Both the position numbers and the translations under genes were made by a program. From positions 15,872,001 to 15,936,000 of the forward strand of contig CM068748.1 of the NCBI GenBank assembly GCA_035084275.1: a stretch of 64,000 nucleotides of DNA. The letters run 5' to 3'. The notes beneath the pieces were generated by a model, which did no database searches, was not told the DNA's origin, and saw nothing but the letters and a program-made list of their open reading frames with translations. Each line of letters starts with the position of its first letter. Positions within the stretch are counted from its first letter, which is position 1. This DNA is from Hydrolagus colliei. Taxonomy: Eukaryota. Positions 36,885 through 50,716 of the stretch are shown here, one piece after another.

Positions 36885-37290
36885 CAGGTAGACCCCACTT
36901 AAAGAAGGGGTTAGAGACTTTAAAACCCTTCGTTAAGTGAAAACTTCATTAAGCGAGTAGCCAAAACGTCGTCCCGACCCGAGCCTCCCCGCTAACATCA
37001 GTTTAGTTTCTAGCGGTTCCTAGCGCTAACATTTTCGGTGTATCGGTTGAGCAGCCAAAATCCGGAATTCCGGAATATGGAATGTGACAAAAATTGCGAG
37101 AATAAAAACGCCAATCCTACCTGCTCCAGGCCAGGTCTTCACCGCACTGAAATATCACAACCTGGGCCCAGGCATTTCCGGACACGTGACGCGCTTCTGT
37201 CATTCCGAAGTCCGGAAATACCCGAACCTGGGCTCGGCTACAGGCCCAAATTCAGGATGCTCAACCTGTACTAGCGAAGGCTACACAAAT
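36885..37290. mobile_element. Tigger-like DNA transposon fragment hosting a nested MITE
   Basis: TA|CAGGTAGACCCCACTTAA...CTTCGTTAAGTGAAAACTTCATTAAGCGAG start. CTAGCG motifs occur on both sides of the nested insert. Right end not located. Confidence 0.55.
37043..37268. mobile_element. Tigger4/Zombi-like MITE
   Basis: TA|TCGGTTGAGCAGCCAAAATCCGG ... AAATTCAGGATGCTCAACCTG|TA: terminal inverted repeats, TA duplication and repeated TCCGG/CCGAA subterminal motifs. Confidence 0.8.
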
Positions 37291-37539
37291 TTAAATACAA
37301 CAATAAAATATTCAAATGTTAGTAAATACAACAATATCAATAAAATATAGACAGACCTCGACTTACTATTATTGAAGCCACAAAGTGATAACTACACTTT
37401 TCAGTCTATTCTGTAAAGTGTTTTGAGATGTCCTCTCTACATGTAAGGTGGTGTATCAAATCTAAAGATTTTTATTATATTAGTGATGGAATGTTTGTAC
37501 TGTCTGGAAGGGTAAACAAATTAATACTGTCTTTCTATA

Positions 37540-37904
37540 CAGGAACGGTGCAAGGGTATTTGGGGCCCTAGGCGAGCCTTCAGATGTGCGCCCACTATTA
37601 ACTTTTGATAAGCTAATGTTAATACTAAAAATTCATATCATTAATTATCAATGAAAGTAATGGTAATACTGTAGTTATACATTCATTTATTTATGAAACA
37701 TACTTCTGTTTTATTTAAGTATTAAGCATTCGCCGGTCAACTTACTGCTAACTCCCATGCCTCCGCCACTATATACAAGCAGATGACAGCAGTAATTTTC
37801 GCCGTGTGCAACAAACCATACGTGCACTGTAACCAGGGCTGGTGACCCCAAATTTTTGCGCCCTAGGCGACTGCCTAGTTTGCCTAAAGTTAGTGCCAGC
37901 CCTG
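37540..37904. mobile_element. Non-autonomous hAT transposon with a perfect 8-bp TSD
   Basis: TTTCTATA|CAGGAACGGTGC...GTGCCAGCCCTG|TTTCTATA; GCCCTAGGCGA subterminal motif near both ends; AT-rich interior. Confidence 0.88.
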
Positions 37905-38484
37905 TTTCTATATAATCAACACAAATTTCTGCCCTCCAATATATTGATTCCTTTGCTGTCGTCTACGCTGTAGTTTCTCCGCTTACAGAATGTAGAATTC
38001 ACTAAATATGAGTGAGTTATCACTTTTTATCAATTGTGTACTGGAAAGTCATTTTGGTTCTTATCATATATGTTCAGTATATTTTGTGATGAATTTAATA
38101 CAGTGCATTTCTCACATGTAAATTTAAACATGAGAATGATGAAATACCCCTTCTGACAAAATCATTAATTCTAGTGAGTTTTATTAGAATGGAAACTTGA
38201 AATGTATGTGCATGAAAAGTACATTACATGCATCATACAAATTAATATTAAATCGTGCATGAACTTCTCTACAGTACACTGTATAGATGTTATATGTCAT
38301 CCCAATTGCTATATCACATATCTGAAATGCCAATTAAATGAAGATAGGTTTCCAAGATGGCAACTGCAGCATTGATATACTTATGTACTTCATTTCTAAG
38401 CAACTTAAGTCCTGTATCATTTACTCTGTGCTTTCACAAATTTTATTTTAAAATCATACTTTAGTCTCTACTTGTAAGATCTTT

Positions 38485-38645
38485 ACATAAGACCCTGCTT
38501 AATGTCGTTGTTTGGTTCTTGAAAATTGCTACTTTAAGCGAAATTATGTTAAGCAAATACATTTTTCCCATAAGAATGAATGTAAGAACTGGAGTTAGGT
38601 TTTTTTGGACATTTTTCATCAAAAGTTTCTAAAAACAAAACATTA
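38485..38645. mobile_element. Tigger/MER6-like DNA transposon fragment
   Basis: GACCCTGCTTAATGTCG...CTTTAAGCGAAA...TTTTTCCCATAAGAATGAATGTAA resembles Tigger-type subterminal sequence. Confidence 0.45.
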
Positions 38646-38671
38646 TACTCGCTCCCTGACTGCCTGCTTGG

Positions 38672-38822
38672 CTCATTCACTCGTTGCTGGCCTGGCTGGT
38701 CTCACTCACTGCCGGTCTCATTCGTTGCTGGCCTGGCTGGTCTCACTCACTGCCGGTTTCATTCGCTGCTGGCCTGGCTGGTCTCACTCACTGCTGGTCT
38801 CACTTGCTGTCGGCCTGGCTCT
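38672..38822. repeat. 41-bp minisatellite x ~3.6
   Basis: Unit TCATTCGTTGCTGGCCTGGCTGGTCTCACTCACTGCCGGTC. Confidence 0.92.
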
Positions 38823-39417
38823 CTCTCTCGCAGGCAGCCTACCCGTTATCGTAATCAAGTGAAAGTAATAATTGAGACTGGAATTGGAATGCCTGACTTC
38901 TTCCACTACTGTATTTGATATAGCAAAGGCTCCCTGCACTGTTTGGTTATAGAAACAACATTGATTTTGCCTTTACCATGACACTTACAGTAGAAAATTG
39001 TTCCCATCAACACAAATGAGCAAATTAATATTGTGTAACTAGCAAAGTAAAAGTAATTTAGCTTAGCTGTTGTCACAATCCTCTCTCAGCATGTAAATGC
39101 ATGCCTATCTGAAATATCTGTTTATTGTATCATTACAGTACGGCAATTACTAATTTTGCACATAGTGATTTATAAAGTTTGCACTGGTTCACTATGTGTA
39201 TTATATAATATACACTGGATTATTTATATGTACCTCACAATATAAGGTTTGATTTTCTTCAACTCGTGCATTGTACACTTCAAAATTGTACAATCATGTA
39301 CAATAGTTTACTCCCACTTATTTATGTACTTCAGGGGTAATCTTAATAAGAGAAAAATACAATAATTGCATTTAAATCCATTTTTATTACATAAATACTT
39401 AAGTATGCACCAGGCAC

Positions 39418-39572
39418 AATAATAATAATAATCCTTGCACTTGATATAGCACTTTTTACATCTTCTAGACATCTCAAACTTCTTCACAGAATATACTGTA
39501 AAGTGAATTGAACTCATATTTTGTGGGCAAAACGCAGCAGCAAATTGCGCACAGCTGTGTCCAACAAACAGT
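39418..39572 (-). mobile_element. 5'-truncated SINE
   Basis: Tail and body of the 8162 family. Confidence 0.83.
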
Positions 39573-40064
39573 TGTTGTCAAATAATTTTATGAAATTATC
39601 ATTCAATCTTAATAGAATAGTGGAACAAAGGATAGAATATAGAATATTAGATTGTCAGATTTCTATTTTATACTATAAATTACCGGAGTCCCAGAAAACT
39701 GAAAGTAAAACAATCTATGCAATTCAATGATCTAACTGCAAAGCTTGCTGCTAAATTAATGATCGATTAAAATATCTGTGCTCCTCCCAGGACTGTTAGA
39801 CATCAGTGTCTAACTACCTTTTTTAAAATCAGAATTAGAATTTGATTAAATATTCTGCTTTGCATGCTGTTAGTTGTGTGGGTGGCACTTGAAGGAAGCA
39901 GTTGCTATTGGAAACAGTTCTTGACTATTTCATGGGCTTGCATTCTTTCAAGTGCATTGAGCTTTACGGGCCTGGAGTTTGAGTGTGTGTGTGTGTGTGT
40001 ATATATTCTTTCTGAATACCTACTCAAACATTCTCCCATTTCAACACTGTTTGTTTCATACAAA

Positions 40065-40386
40065 TCTCTGCTGCTTGGGTCCTCTCCTGCACCAGGCTCC
40101 ATGACCCCATCATTTCCACTCTCACCTGGCTCCACTGGCTCCCCATCTGTTAGAGGACAGAATTAAAAATCCTGATCCTCACTTTCAAGGCCATCCTATC
40201 AATCTGTCAGCTCCATCCATTCATTAGGCTCCGGCCTTCTCCATGTCTACTATTGGTGGCCGGGGTGTCAGCCTCTCTGCCCCCACACTTTGGAACTCTA
40301 TCCCAAAGTCTCTTTACCTTCAAGCGCTCTGAGACGCCGTCCAGCGTGGAGGGCGCTATATAAATTGAAGTTGTTGTTGTTGTTGC
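40065..40386 (+). mobile_element. Internally deleted L2 3' fragment
   Basis: LHDPI..LTWLHWLP.. then GGCGCTATATAAATTGAAG(TTG)n. A second L2 tail follows at ~40400-40578. Confidence 0.8.
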
Positions 40387-40581
40387 CTTGCTCCCTCCCT
40401 TGCCTCCTTCACGACCAGTCTCAAGACCCCATCTTCTGCTGTTCATCTATCTCTCCGCCATCCCTCAATATTGCACCACATACCCCATTCTCAGGCCCTG
40501 ACACCTGACTGTTCAGCACCTTGGGATGTCCTCCTGATGTGAAAGGGGCTCCACAAATGTAATTTTGTTGTTGTTTGTATG

Positions 40582-40885
40582 TAATAATAATAATCCTTGC
40601 ATTTGATATAGACTGCTCATGTCTTCTAAAATTCTCAAAGCGCTTCACAGAATATACTGTAAAGTGAATTGACTGTATATATGTGTCAAAACATGGCTGC
40701 CAATTGCGCACAGCACTGTCCCACAAACAGTTGTGGATTGAAATGACCGATTTTTTTTTTGGGAGGAATTATTATCAGGCATGTGGAGTAAGGAAACTTG
40801 CCCACGTTTTTGCCTTCCCGGGAATTTGAACCCAGCTCTCTCGCTTTAAGGCGAGTGCTCTAACCACTGAGCTACAGGACTCCAC
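40582..40885 (-). mobile_element. Full-length tRNA-derived SINE
   Basis: Ends AACCACTGAGCTACAGGACTCCAC, as in 8162-8478. Confidence 0.9.
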
Positions 40886-41499
40886 ATCTGTAAGTACAGT
40901 ATTATTCTCCATTTATTTTCTCCATCTCATTTTAAATTTTATATATTTCTAAATGGTTTCCTCAGAGGTATTTCTTCAAGACTCAAACACCCAAGCTTGT
41001 CTAATCGTTGCTCATAGCTCATTTCTCAAAAACTGGAGATCATCCTTGTTGCTCTGCACTGTGTCATGGCAACCAGAACTGTATGCTGTTCTCCTAGTGT
41101 GGTGTGACCAATTTGGCAATCTAGACTGTTTGGAGAATAAGGATGGAATAGAGAATGGGATGGAATAGAAAATAGGATGGAATAGTTGATTTGATTTCAA
41201 CAAAGTTAGATTGCAGGCAGGCGAAAGATCATTTCTGGTGGCACATTTGGAGCTGGGATCAGATTTGCTTTTCTATTTTTCTTTAAAATTATGATTTTAT
41301 TAATCGAATACTCACAGAGGAGATGCACATAAACTTTAGAGTACTAATAAATAAATCAACAAATCAATAAACAAATTAACATTTGTATGCATCAACCCAT
41401 AACTGTAGACTTTATGCCATAAGGAACTATCGAATGAAGGCCAGATGCTGTTAAGGGAAAAATGGTATGCAGTAGCATTAATATACAAGCAACCTGATG

Positions 41500-41898
41500 A
41501 CTTATTTTTTCATTCCAAAAAATCATGGAGGCCAAGGACAAACCCAGACTTCTCTGCTGCATCACCAACCCGCTCAGCTGCCTCTGCTCCCTTGACCTGA
41601 TCCCTATCCCTAACCTTACCTCCCAGCTCCACCCCCTTGCCGCTCTACTAACAGACATCATAAACCTCTCTCTGTCAACTAGCACCATTCTTACTGCATT
41701 AAAAACATCCATCACCACTCCCATCCTTTTTTAAATGAAACCCTTCCTGGACCCATCCCTGCTCTCAAACTACCACCCCATCTCCGACCTCCCTGTCCTT
41801 TCCAAGGTCCTGAAACAAGCCACCACTTCCCAGCTTCACTCCTTCGTCACCCGCCACTCCCTTCAAAAGCCCCTCCAATCAGTTTTCCGTGCCGCCCG
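41500..41898 (+). mobile_element. L2 ORF2 fragment (N-terminal part of RT)
   Basis: CSLD.IP..LTDIINLSLS..LKTSITTPIL / KP.LDPSLLSNY.PIS.LP.LSKVL..PLQS.FR. Confidence 0.85.
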
Positions 41899-41899
41899 C

Positions 41900-42135
41900 A
41901 TCATCCTGTTCAAGTGGAGGTTAAAGATGCCTTTATACTGTTCAAAAATATAGTTTCTCCCGATGTCCTGACTAATAATCCTCCAGTTTAAATTGGTCTC
42001 TCAGCTTCTTGCAGTTTGTGGGTCAATGGCTATCTCATTTGCTACAAGTACATTGTTACTGTATATAACAATAACTATTGTAGAGAGTTTCGAGACAAAT
42101 CGATGTAATAATGCTGTAATAAATGCAGGAATCAT
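41900..42135 (+). mobile_element. Decayed Deu-domain SINE
   Basis: CCTGTTCAAGTGGAGGTTAAAGATGCC...TTCTCCCGATGTCCTGACTAATAATC. Confidence 0.55.
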
Positions 42136-44004
42136 TAATACAACTGTTTTTTAAAAACTGGAAACTGTTTTTCCAGTACAATTATCTGCGTTTCAGTTGG
42201 ATATATTTATGCATTTTTATTATGCAAATTATTTACGTTTTAGTGTTGCTGCCACAGAGAATCTACCCATCCAAATAAATAAATCAATACATCTGGGACC
42301 ACTGTGTTCATACAAAGCTAATTGTTTTCTCAAGCAGACAAATCATTTTTGTTCAGTCAGTGCTGCACAATGGAACTTTGTAGTCCATAAAATTGAATCA
42401 ATGATTTGAAATGTATTGGGAAATTAAAATATTTCAAGACCGTTAACCCGAATTTGAATTACATGGAAGTGTTTCACAGTATTTATATTGTCCAATGTTT
42501 GGTATTGGTTACTGGTATGTTGTTACCTTTTGAAATGATATAATAACCAATTGCCTGCTGTGCTCTATTTGAATTGTCTGTTTTAAAATTCAAAATACAG
42601 TATATGTGTAAGAAAATTAAGAAGGTCTGGGTTTCACTGCTCTTTCAAGAGAGTGCACTACTACAAAAGAGGGCAGAAGTGTGTAGAAACGTGCATCTAA
42701 GCTTGGTTAGAAGTTTGAGACAAAATTATTTGTCCATTATCCTTTCAACTTTGTCCACTTATTAGCAATGTGTTCAGACCAAAGCAAACAACTCTGTAAA
42801 TTGTGCAGAGCAAGTTGGTTTTGCTATTAGAGATTCACATTGTTCATTGTGTAGATAGCATTCTTCTCAATTCCTGGCACAGGTGATTGAGACTAGAAAT
42901 GAATTATTTTCCCTGCTCCAAATCACTACACTGCTGGTAGGGATGTGATATTACTGTGAAGTGAAGTCACATTGTTTTCAATGGATAAATCAAGCATTAG
43001 TTCCACACATCTAGCTTATCCCTCTACTCTGGTTTTATATGTGCACGTATATTCTTGGTCTGATGATCAACTGGGTCACCTAAGCTATCACATTGCACAC
43101 AACTTCAGGGAGCCCTTTATTGCCATCCCAGAGAAACCATAGGACTCAGGATTTCTTTTTTTAAATATATTTTTTGGTTATGATGCACTGGGAAACTTAT
43201 CTGGAAATTAATACTGTTTTAATGCTGCTTTATGTGTAGTATTTCTTGAGTAAACAATCTATGAAGTCTTTGTCAAGTAACCACTTTGTACTTTGTTTGC
43301 ATTGTCATCTCTAAACATAATCCAGCACTTCAATTCAAATGCAGTATCTCGGTTTCATTGGTGTTAGCTTTGCAATGCAAGATCTCCGTGGGCTGCCTCC
43401 AGTGAGAAAGCTGACCTTGGATTGCAACCCCATAGCTGGTTTACACTGTGCTGCCTCCAAATTACAAATTAATTTCAGCATGAAACCTTCCCCTGAGGTG
43501 ATGTTCCTTCGCATCGAGACAATTTCAGAATTCAGAATTTACAGTGTAAAAAAAGAAAGTCTAAATTTAGCACATAGTGAGTTCATTCTGGCATCAAGAG
43601 CACATGTGAACTGGATACTAGCACAGCAAGAAAAGCACTACATGAACAGAATACCAGAAGAGGAGGTTGTTGACATTATGATATGTAGTGTTGATGTATA
43701 TAAGAAAGTACAGATAGATGTAATTTAGTCCATCAAATCATGTATTCTAAACATTTATGGATAATTTGTACTGTCTAGTGACTCGGCCCATCTAATTTCA
43801 TCTCCTGCAGGAGGTGACCAACCATGCGGAAACCATCTGAGAAGATAAAATTGTCCTTTGTTGTTGACACCTGAAGATAATTGGAGTAACAAATGTAGGA
43901 TAACTGGTCATGAATATGCAGTCAGAATATTATTCAGCATAAACTCAGGGCATACTTGGCATGGCATTCTCATGATCTCAGAATAATTGATTCATATAAC
44001 GCTA

Positions 44005-44146
44005 TTAATAATCATCCCTGCATTTGATATAGTGCTTTTCACGTCTTCTAGAATCTCTAAGTGCTTCACAGAATATATTATAAAGTGAATTGACTGTATA
44101 TTTGTGGGCGAAACACGGCAGTGAATTGCGCACAGGAGTATCCCAA
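44005..44146 (-). mobile_element. 5'-truncated SINE
   Basis: Tail and body of the 8162 family. Confidence 0.83.
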
Positions 44147-44688
44147 TGTCCGTTAGAATATTTTTCTTTTTCTCTAGGACTTTGCATTTGGAAGAAATTC
44201 AGTTATTTCAAAATCAAGTTTTCTAAAAATAATTTGAAGCTGTTCCTGTGCTAAAGGGAATGGAAAGTAATAAGCTGTGGGGTTAGTATTTTGTTTTTTT
44301 CAAGTGCTTTATATTTTTTTCATAGCCTCACCTGCAGGTGATAATAATTGGACAGATATATATGAAGGCAAATGTTGCATTATAAAAGCAATCACATTTG
44401 CAAAGCTAACAAACATCTGCAGAGGGTTTAACCTTGGGCCAGAAACACAGTATTTATAAACAACAACAACAAGATTACATTTATAGAGTGCCTTTCATGT
44501 CTGGAGGACGTCCCAAGGCGCTGGGACGCTGAACCATAAAGCTCATTAAGAGCAATTAGTAAGACTGTTTGAATGTTTGGTAACTAATCAAACCATTTTT
44601 TTTGTAGCATTCCTTTTAATATGTGCTGTGTAGGTTTTAAAGTGCAGTATTTAAAGTGGAAAAATGTGATGTAAATCTGTTCCACCGA

Positions 44689-45115
44689 GCTGGCTCAGAT
44701 GGCAACATTTGTCTAAGAGGCAAGAAAATTGTGGGTTCCAGCCCTACAAAGGGTAGTTGAACTCACAGTTAAAGCTGACATAGCACTGAATTGTTGGAGT
44801 CCTCATCCCCAGACGACAACACAATTACATAGACGACAACAAAATTACATTTGTATAGTGCCTTTCATGGGTGTCAGGAGAATGTCCAAAGGCACTGATG
44901 AATTGTTTAACTTGGGTTCCGAGGTTCCATCTGCCTGTTCAGGTAAACGTCAGGTAAAGATCGTGTAGCACCATTTGAAAAGAGAAGGAATTTTCTCTCA
45001 ACAATTCCCCAGTAAGAAATGATCTGTCATCATAAAAGTTGGCTCTTCAGCGGACATTGCTGGGTGCAAGTTGACCACCATGTTTCATGCAATACACTGC
45101 AACTGCTCTTTGCAG
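44689..45115 (+). mobile_element. Old tRNA-headed Deu SINE interrupted by a minus-strand L2 tail (~44830-44898)
   Basis: TGGCTCAGATGG (A box) ..GTGGGTTCCAGCCC (B box) ..GCTGACA..TCTGCCTGTTCAGG..TTTGAAAAGAGAAGG. Confidence 0.65.
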
Positions 45116-45121
45116 TCAGTC

Positions 45122-45271
45122 AATAATAATAATACTCTTTGCATTTGGTATAGTGCTTTTCACGTCTTCTAGACGTCTCAAAGCGCTTCACAGAGTATAC
45201 TGTAAAGTGAATTGACTGAATATTTGTGGGTGAAACGCAGCAGCCAATTGCGCACAGCAGTGTCCCACAAG
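45122..45271 (-). mobile_element. 5'-truncated SINE
   Basis: Tail and body of the 8162 family. Confidence 0.85.
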
Positions 45272-48200
45272 CTTCCTTTTATCAATGCATCTGACTGTCG
45301 TGGTTGCTTTCAATCTAACCTCTCCCTGTCTAGCAATTACAAGAACGAGTCATAGCAAAGCATACATAAAAGATGGAGAAAAAATGCAGGAAAAAAATAT
45401 AAATCTTTCTCTGTGAAATGTACTTCTTCCAACACTAACTACAGTATATTTATATATCCTTTTAAAAAATATTTTTTCACAAAATATTACTATTGCCAAT
45501 GGATAAAGATCTCTACTTTATTCAAATGCGAAATACCCACTGGTCCTTTACGTGCATATCATGTGCTTGCTAACCTGACATTCCTAATTAGGTTATTGAT
45601 GCAAAATAAAACATTTATTGGCTGTCAAGACTGCACAATGTAACAATAAATATACACAATGTACAAAATGGCACTTTCAAAGAGCAGACTATTCAAAGAC
45701 TCCTCTGCCCAACATAACATATCAAGGCAGAATAGATTAGAAACTTGGTCGCTTAGATTTCTCTGGAGGCAAAGTTGTTGCACTGCTGAATGGAGATGCA
45801 TGTTGCATTGCTGTCTGAAGCTGGGATGAGATCTTTGTTTAAGTGGCTCTTTCATGTAAAAGACTATTAAATAGGACAATACCAAGAGGTGTATCAGTCG
45901 TGTGGCTGAAGACAACTTTTCAAATAGCACACATCCAGCTGCTAAGTACAAAGCTATCAGTTGTAATTCCTTAATTTCTTACATCCCACAGTCTGTGAGA
46001 GGATCCATTCCTATGTCTTTTGCTGAAATGCTTTACAAAAGCTGGTACAATCCTTACAAATGAAAAATTACCACTGGGATATTTTAATAGTCCAAGTTAT
46101 TATAATTGAAGATTTTCAAAACATCTAAAGGATGTCGCTAAGTAAGAAATTTCTATTTAGGGGAGATTGATCTTGCCACACTGTGGTAGAAGTAGTTGCA
46201 TATCATGACATATTCGTATGTGAACAGTTTATATAGTTTAATTTAAGCTCTTTGATCTATTCTTCATGGTTGATTATGGAAAATTTTTGAGAATATTATA
46301 TTTTGAGAAATACAATATATTTAAGACAAAGAAACGTATCATTCCAATCTACATGTTTCCACAGATTAAATTTAAGTACAAAGTAATCTCCCCCTTCCCT
46401 GGTGGCTCACAAAATTTACCCAGTGACCAGCTGAGCCATAATCTCTGCCCAATGCTAAAATCACAGTCATTTGGGGGATTTATTAGAGATTGGAAATCCA
46501 TTGCAAACAGCTATTGGAAAAAAAGACTATCATTTGTGATTAGTACATGGTGTTTCCCTCTATTCAGGTTCCAATTCAATAATAGGCCCTTAGTCATGGC
46601 AGGTGAACTCTGGAACAGTAGTTAAAGTTGTTAAACAGAACCCCATGAGAAAGAAAAAATAATTGAATGCCTTCAGAAGAGGATAAATTAGTGGATGGAA
46701 ACAAGTTTGTGTCTGCTTATCACGAAAGCTACTGATCTTGTTGGTGTGATCTTAAAATTGGGATTTTTCCATGATGTACTAATGGATTCAATCCATTTTC
46801 TGACCAGTAGCTTGTGGTAAATCAGATGGACTTTTTCACTGAGGCTTACCAACTATTGGAGATTCAGCCCCCAAAATCTACAATAAACAATGTGTACATG
46901 GAGTATCCGTCTGATTGTGAGGGTAAGAGCTGTATTTGCTTTGGCAAATCCCACAAGAAACACAATTTTGCAGTTTGCTGGTGACAGGATATGGAATGGA
47001 TTTATCAGAGGATTAAATCAGACCAAATTTGACATCAAATGAATATAATTATAGGAGTAATGATTTATAATGATCCTTTGCTTGATTGGTCTGACGGTGC
47101 TTCCTTAGTGGAGATGGCACAGAGCCTATGTCCCATCCAGATGGTCAGGGACTGCCGATGCATTTGAGCTTCCTTGGCACTATTGGGTATGACTTTTGTG
47201 GTTCCTTGCAAAGGCATGATAGACCTATAGAATTCTATGACATTTGGGCATTGTGTCTGGCCTGACCTTTTGACACAGCAATCCATTCAGTTTAATTTAT
47301 TTTTTCCCTTCAAATGTCTCAGTATTAGGTATCTAGATTCAATTCTATCCTTAGTTTTCTCTTGAAAGCTAATATGGATTGTGCCTTGACCACTGCTCCA
47401 AGCATCTTAACCCCTCCAATATTTCAAACCACTGAACCCATTTACAGTACCTAGCCATAACTCAATGTGCACTGCAGGTATATTTTCTTCATGTCCTCTG
47501 TGAGCTTCTTCTTAGCTATGTACAATTCATCAGTGAAAAGTTTTCTCAGACTTTTGCAGTTCTACTCTCGATACTACCTTTTGGGAGATACTCAAAATAT
47601 TTTTGGATGGCTTTGCTAGTCATTTTCTCTCTCAGATAGGATTGTGAATTTCTCCCATGTTGTTGAATGGAGGCTGTTGGATTAGGCATTGAATTGTAAT
47701 AGATGCTTTACTCATCTCCTGTGCATTAATCATACAAGTTACGGGTGTATAGAAATGTTATAAAACATAATTGAAGATTATTCCTTTTAAAATACTAATT
47801 AGAATTTTTTGTGGTTTAAACAGTTTAACCTTTTGCTCTTAAGAACCCTTTAATAAAATTGAGAATAGAACAAATATTAGTAATGGGTAAAATTCTTTTT
47901 TTCTCCTGAGGTTGTTTCATTAACTCGGAATTGCTCCTTTATTAGGTTAATGAATCTTACAGAAGAATGCTTCATTAGTGAAATAAGATTATTCTTTGGG
48001 GATGTTTCTATGAAGGACAACCTAATACATACACTTACTGTATTTGCTAACCAAAAAGTCAAAATTGTAGGAAAGACACAAACATTAAATGATCAGATTT
48101 TTAAAAAATGGAGTATGTTTTGTCAGAATGGTTATAATGATTTTACACATTAATACAAATGCTATATACTGTATTAAGGTTTATCAACTTAGGCTGGCTG

Positions 48201-50716
48201 TACTTTGCGTGAGTGTGCCTCGCTTCAAAGATGATGTAAGCTTGGAGAAGGACAATACTGCATGTGGCAATTAGCAAAAATCATACGAAGCAAATTCAAA
48301 CAGAGGGCAAACTGATTATTTTATTATCCAGGGGGTTTATACAAGGGTGGGGAAATAACCTTTTGAAACTAATCAAATGCAGTGAAAGCATTTGATTCCG
48401 TTGTCACACTATGTGGCTTGCATTGTGCAACTGAGTGCAATTAAGATATCAGAACATTTCATTGCTAATTATCCTCTTGGAATACACAAAACATTAAAGG
48501 GATAGATTCTGAATACAGTCCGAATGCGCTTCCTGTAGTCCTCAAAGGGTTTAGTAAAAGCATATTGCATCTCCGATTGAGGATAGGTTGTGTATGTGTA
48601 TTGATCCTCAATGCATTTGTACTAAAGATATACATTTTATAAATAAATAAATTCCAATGCACAGCCAATAAAAGTTATTGAATTTCTTTTTTAAAATACA
48701 AACAAGCAATATTTTGAATGCATTATATCGCAAAGCCATATTTAAATTTCAAATTAGTTGGTAAGATCTAAATAAGGCGATGATGTGAATCATGAATATG
48801 AAAGAAGCCACAGACAAAATGAATGTTACATTTGATTGGAAAAAGCAGTTCGCTCTTAAGGATTGATGAGGTTTATGGTGGAAAGGAAGTTGGACATTAA
48901 CTCTTTAGGGATTGAAGAACAGTCCAGTTTAACGGTGGTGTAATTTTTGAATTTGCATGCCGATTTTGTTTATCCTCAACCAAGTAAAACTTATTTCCCA
49001 TATTACAGGCAGTGATTTCACCAGATACTTACTGGTCAGCCATTGTAGCATAGACTGACTGCGCTGGCTTCATGCATCATCCTCACTTGCAACGAGCATT
49101 TTTCCCTGGGGCCTCTTCCAAAGAATAGCATGACTTCCATCTTCCTCAGTATTTTTCCCAATCCTTTTACCGACCATTAACTCTTACCTACATGGTACAG
49201 GATGGAAATGGGGAGAATTCCTTTTGTGACTTTAGGATCATTTCTCTGCGAGCGAGGATATCTTTAACCTCTGATGGCTCTCAGGTTATCTAAGCCTCTG
49301 GGAAGGAGCCCACATAGGAGGGGAATCAGTGGGCCACTCATCATTATCATCGTCAAAGCCCTGGATCTCAAACATTGCCGCGCCAAATGCGGAGAAAAAT
49401 GTGTAAAATGAGGAAAACTCAAATGCATTTTAAAAAACACTGTATATAAATATATTGCAGTGTCATAATCTGCTAGCAATTTTTAAAATAGTGCGAAGTC
49501 TGAAAACAAAACTTTGCAAAAAGTTGGACCTTTGAAGTAATGTGACCATGCTCATCAAACATGTCAGCAGACAATACCACTGTATTTCAAAGTACTTAAC
49601 AAGAGTTGACATGATTAATGTCGATGTAGCTATTATTGTATTATGATTCACAGAAGAACATCATTGTTTGCAAAGGTGGTATCCCTTCTCAGAGTACAGT
49701 GTGTTTCAATAACTGTCAGAAATCATTATGTACACTGCATTGTCTCTCATATGTTCGGTTCCCCCGGGACATCAAGTAAAGAGGGTATTAATCCTGTAAG
49801 AATCATTCCTCAAAAGCAGGAAAAAGTGATGGAATAGCACAACAAGCTATTCAGTTTCATGAAAGAATAACATTGACACCTGGGACCCTTAGTCAGATCA
49901 GGAGTTCACCTGAAGAGTCACATCGGAAACATTAACCAAATGTTTGTTCACAGTATACACAGTCATTACACTTTACAGTATATGTTGTGAAGCATTTTGA
50001 GACATCCTTCCAACATGAAAGGGGCCATATCAAATATAAGAATTACTTTCAAAATAGCTTTTGGAGTTTTTATTATGATCTCTCAAGAATCACCTGTCCA
50101 CTTTGCAATTTTAATAATCCTTACATTTGATATGGTGCCTTCATATCTGAAGAATGTCTCAAAGAAGTTCATAGTGTAAAGTGTAGCCTGTGTATTTTAT
50201 GGGAAAATACACGTAACAATATCTACGTAGTCCCACAAACTTCAGTAAAGTGAATGATCACTTTTATTTGGGGTATGTTGTCAGGATATCGGGGTGATGG
50301 GGATGGTTCTCTCTTTTCCATTTTAAGTAATTATGTGGAGTATTCTGCCAAAAAGGTTCCGGGTTTATTGTAAGCCACGTTGGTCAGTTTGGTTCTGGTG
50401 ATAGACCCATCGAGCAATAAAACAACAACTTACAATTATATAGCACTCTCCACACAAGGTAATGTTTCAGAGCGCTTTACAGTGGCAGAGCCTGACACCA
50501 AGCAGGGGTTGGGGACGAGGTGACTTTAAGCACGCGGCAGAGTTCTTAAGGAGTTGGAGTTTTTAAATAGTGGAACTGGAGAGACCAGTGAAGGGTGCGT
50601 TTGAATAATTCAGGCAGGAGGTGACAAAACACATGCACGAGGGTTTCTGCTAGATTTAGAGTAAGGTATAGTCTGAGGCTGGCAATGTGGCGGAGGTGAA
50701 AGAAAAAAAGATTTCA

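Noticed and set aside
38672-38822. Regularly spaced repeats superficially like a CRISPR array
   Set aside because: The units are contiguous tandem copies with no unique spacers, the context is eukaryotic, and there are no cas genes.
43339-43728. 129-aa ATG-initiated ORF in the sense direction
   Set aside because: It shows no similarity to KCNMA1 exon 3 or any family I recognise, and its length is compatible with chance.
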